Both the position numbers and the translations under genes were made by a program. The notes beneath the pieces are model-generated. The model was not told the DNA's origin, made no database searches, and saw nothing but the letters and a program-made list of their open reading frames with translations. A stretch of 64,000 bases of DNA from Octopus sinensis (taxonomy: Eukaryota), in the NCBI RefSeq assembly GCF_006345805.1, contig NC_043002.1, positions 113,646,001-113,710,000 on the forward strand, in the 5' to 3' direction. Below are positions 61,402 to 64,000 of the stretch, one piece after another; the first letter of the stretch is position 1, and every line of letters starts with the position of its first letter.

Positions 61402-62692
61402 CAGGGTGTTCGGGCTAAATTTGACGATTTTTTGTTTCCTTTTTTCAATAACAACTTGGTGTATTAATGGACAGTCATCGGCGTTGGAGAGTATAAAGAT
61501 GTAGGGACCTCGCTTCGCCCCGCTTGTTGATGAAGAAACACTCGACTCCCTAGGACCTGTGCTGGTCAAGAAAGGTCTTTGTTTAGGGTCTGAGCTACAT
61601 TATTGACCATAGTCTATATAACAGAACTGTTCATGTCTCTTCCTCTTTTGCGTCAGCCATGACCAAGAGCAGCATTTTCCTCGGACGCAAGAAAGACGAT
61701 GCCACCTTTATCCTTTCTGGTCAGCACCGTTTATTCTTTAGTCTTTCACTCTCTACTGACCGCAACTTCTACACTATCAACTGCTAACCAGCGAACCATC
61801 CCTGTTGTTGTCTCTTTAACTATCTGTTGGGCAAACGAATAAATATATGTAAATAATATTTCTTCCTTCTTGGTGTTGATTCTTCGATGTTCACAGATTA
61901 CTCCGACGCAAGAACCTTTAAGTGTTACATCTACATGCTACATTCGATAGTGGCCTACATCATATCAACCTGATATCATATCTTTCATCCAGTCCGCTAC
62001 AAAGTTTAAAGTTGTAATTGAGAAAATGTTAGCTGATACGGAGAGCTGGAAGCCATCTGAACTTTGGGAAAGACTGCTTCTCAATGCTCTGTGAACAATG
62101 TAAAAGACATGATATAGACAGCTAAAAAACTGTAACCAGCAGGTAGGGACTCAACAAGTGTTCTGACTGCGTAAGCCCACTGGAATTCACCCAACACTTG
62201 TAGGATAGGCCTTAGGCTCAATTCATACGGCTATGTGAAGCTGCTGGAAAATATAGTCAATCCCTGGCTAAATAAGGTTGCTGCTAGATGGTCATATTTG
62301 TGGCAGCAGGATTCAGCTTCTTGTCATACCTCGGAAAAGTCAAAAGTGGTTTCAGAGAATTCTTGTCTTCACTTGTCCCAATTTCTGGCCTCCCAAATCC
62401 CTCCGATTGTAATCCCATACATTACTATGTATAGTGCACAGTTGTGAAAGACATCAACAGCTCTGCATGCAACATCAAGGCCAAGCTAGTGACCAAGATC
62501 TTCCCACATGAGGAACGCATGCACCAGATTCCAAAGCCGTCTTGATTCGGTGGTGGAAATTGATGGTGGTTAATTTGAATAATACCCTAGATATTTTTAT
62601 TATCTATTTTTTTAATTGCTTATAGTTTTGGATGGGATATTGTGTTTTCTTTTCCTTTTATGCAAACTGTCAAACTTAGTCCGAACACCTTG
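61402..62692 (+). mobile_element. Tc1/mariner-superfamily element, decayed
   Basis: 24-bp TIRs CAGGGTGTTCGGGCTAAATTTGAC / GTCAAACTTAGTCCGAACACCTTG|TA; remnant PW..YLWQQDSASCHTS. Confidence 0.7.
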
Positions 62693-63832
62693 TACATAAC
62701 TTATGCTGCTGGTCGTCAGCCAGAATTAATGATGTTTAATAAAAAAAAAAAAAAGAAGAAGTGCCTATGTAACAGAAACAAGGATCAGTTCCAGGGAAAT
62801 CCCCCAATGTATACTCATGAACCCCTAAAAATAATTTGCGAAAGATGAAAACTAGTGATTCTTTGTCGTTATTTTAAGTTGCCATGTCAGTCAATGTTCA
62901 TTCAGTCAAAATTTTTGTTAACGTGTAATTTAGTGACCCAAAGCGAAATTAAATTGCGATAGAAACCGGAAATCATTACATTGAAATCCTATAATCTCAT
63001 TTTATATATATAACGCGAAAACGATGCATAGAACATGCATAGATCCTTTACATGATCCATGAACCTATTTCAGAACGTATGTTCGTACTGTTTCGACAAT
63101 GTATACTGAGTTTCCTCCACTGCTCTTCGATAGTCTGTATATGGATGCTCTCATCATTGGATGAATAAAATTTCAAGAATGATTCACAACAATGTATGCG
63201 GCTCAACTAACAGAGGAAGCCTACCTATCGGATATCAAACACGTTGCTAGTAATATCCATTGCGTTATTACATGCAAAAATGCAAGCATGAAAAGTAATA
63301 TTCTTAAGAATATAAACCTGGAAAAGTACAGGACAAGTTATTACACCAGTAAAAGTATGCAACAAACTATTACTTCAAGTAAAGTAAAGACTAAGAAACT
63401 TTTTACTTAAAATATTGCAGCAAAGAATGCCAGCTCTTCTAAATTACCACTCTTTACAGTTCTCATCTTTTAAATTTATTGTACCTTACTTTTTGCGGCA
63501 TTAAACTGCATATTAACCAAAATTATTATATATCTCAGTCATCTAGGATCTGGCAAACACTGGTAAAACTATACATTGCTAAGGAAAAGTTTAATGAGAG
63601 TGACATAATGTCTGCAGTTGTCACTGAATTTAGCAAAGCTAGCAATCTCACTTCGTGTCCCTATTCAACATTTAATTATTTTGGAAATCGGAACTGTCTC
63701 TTTTGTCTTTCTTGCCCATAAAAGCGAATGTTTGTTTTTTTCATTTTCTCTACGAGTACAGTTTTAATAAAATTTGGGGAGGGGGGGCTCACTATATTAA
63801 ACTTGTTAGTCGGTGTTTAACTATATTCATAA

Positions 63833-64000
63833 CTAGCAGTTTCGCCCGGCGTTGCTCGGGTTTGTAAGGGAAATAACTATATAAGCATTTTTAGAGAGTT
63901 ATAGCCAAAAAGTAGCAAAAAAATGCATTAAAAATGGAAAAAAAATGATGGTAATTTTTTTTTAATCGTTGACTCATCGTAGACATTTTTAGAGAGTTAC
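63833..64000 (-). mobile_element. Non-autonomous Helitron family H, runs off window
   Basis: CTAG plus CCCGGCGTTGCTCGGG hairpin. Confidence 0.88.

Noticed and set aside
61460-61929. Solo LTR inside the Tc1/mariner element
   Set aside because: It has AATAAA and a TGTTACA end, but no matching start or TSD could be found.
63225-63317. 93-nt transmembrane-like candidate exon
   Set aside because: Splice signals are plausible, but there are no compatible neighbouring exons or recognisable homology.

Overview
AT-rich, microsatellite-dense animal genomic DNA. The SINE families, RTE tails and (TA)n density suggest octopus/cephalopod, which is an inference. No bacterial features, CRISPR arrays, rRNA or true tRNA genes are visible. 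One host gene is well supported: a minus-strand BTB-BACK-Kelch (KLHL-type) gene with a 1110-nt coding exon (19680-18571) that splices in frame, across a ~13.8 kb intron, to a Kelch exon (4752-4575). Its later exons lie outside the window, and a possible first exon/promoter lies near 47.6-48.9 kb. Most of the rest is repeat. It includes several tRNA-derived SINE families, RTE LINE fragments, a 5'-truncated Penelope-like element (PLE) with a 433-codon open RT+GIY-YIG frame, and a decayed L1/Tx1-like LINE. It also includes non-autonomous Helitrons, mariner and hAT MITEs, a decayed Chapaev3-like transposon and Gypsy-type solo LTR(s). The most interesting signal is a set of short non-coding elements embedded in (TA)n tracts that carry minimal type I hammerhead-ribozyme motifs. 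One (minus strand 51067-51157) has a fully canonical core and a palindromic stem III. Several long palindromes and a telomeric-repeat foldback element are also present. Repeat boundaries were read by eye and are approximate unless TSDs or termini are quoted.
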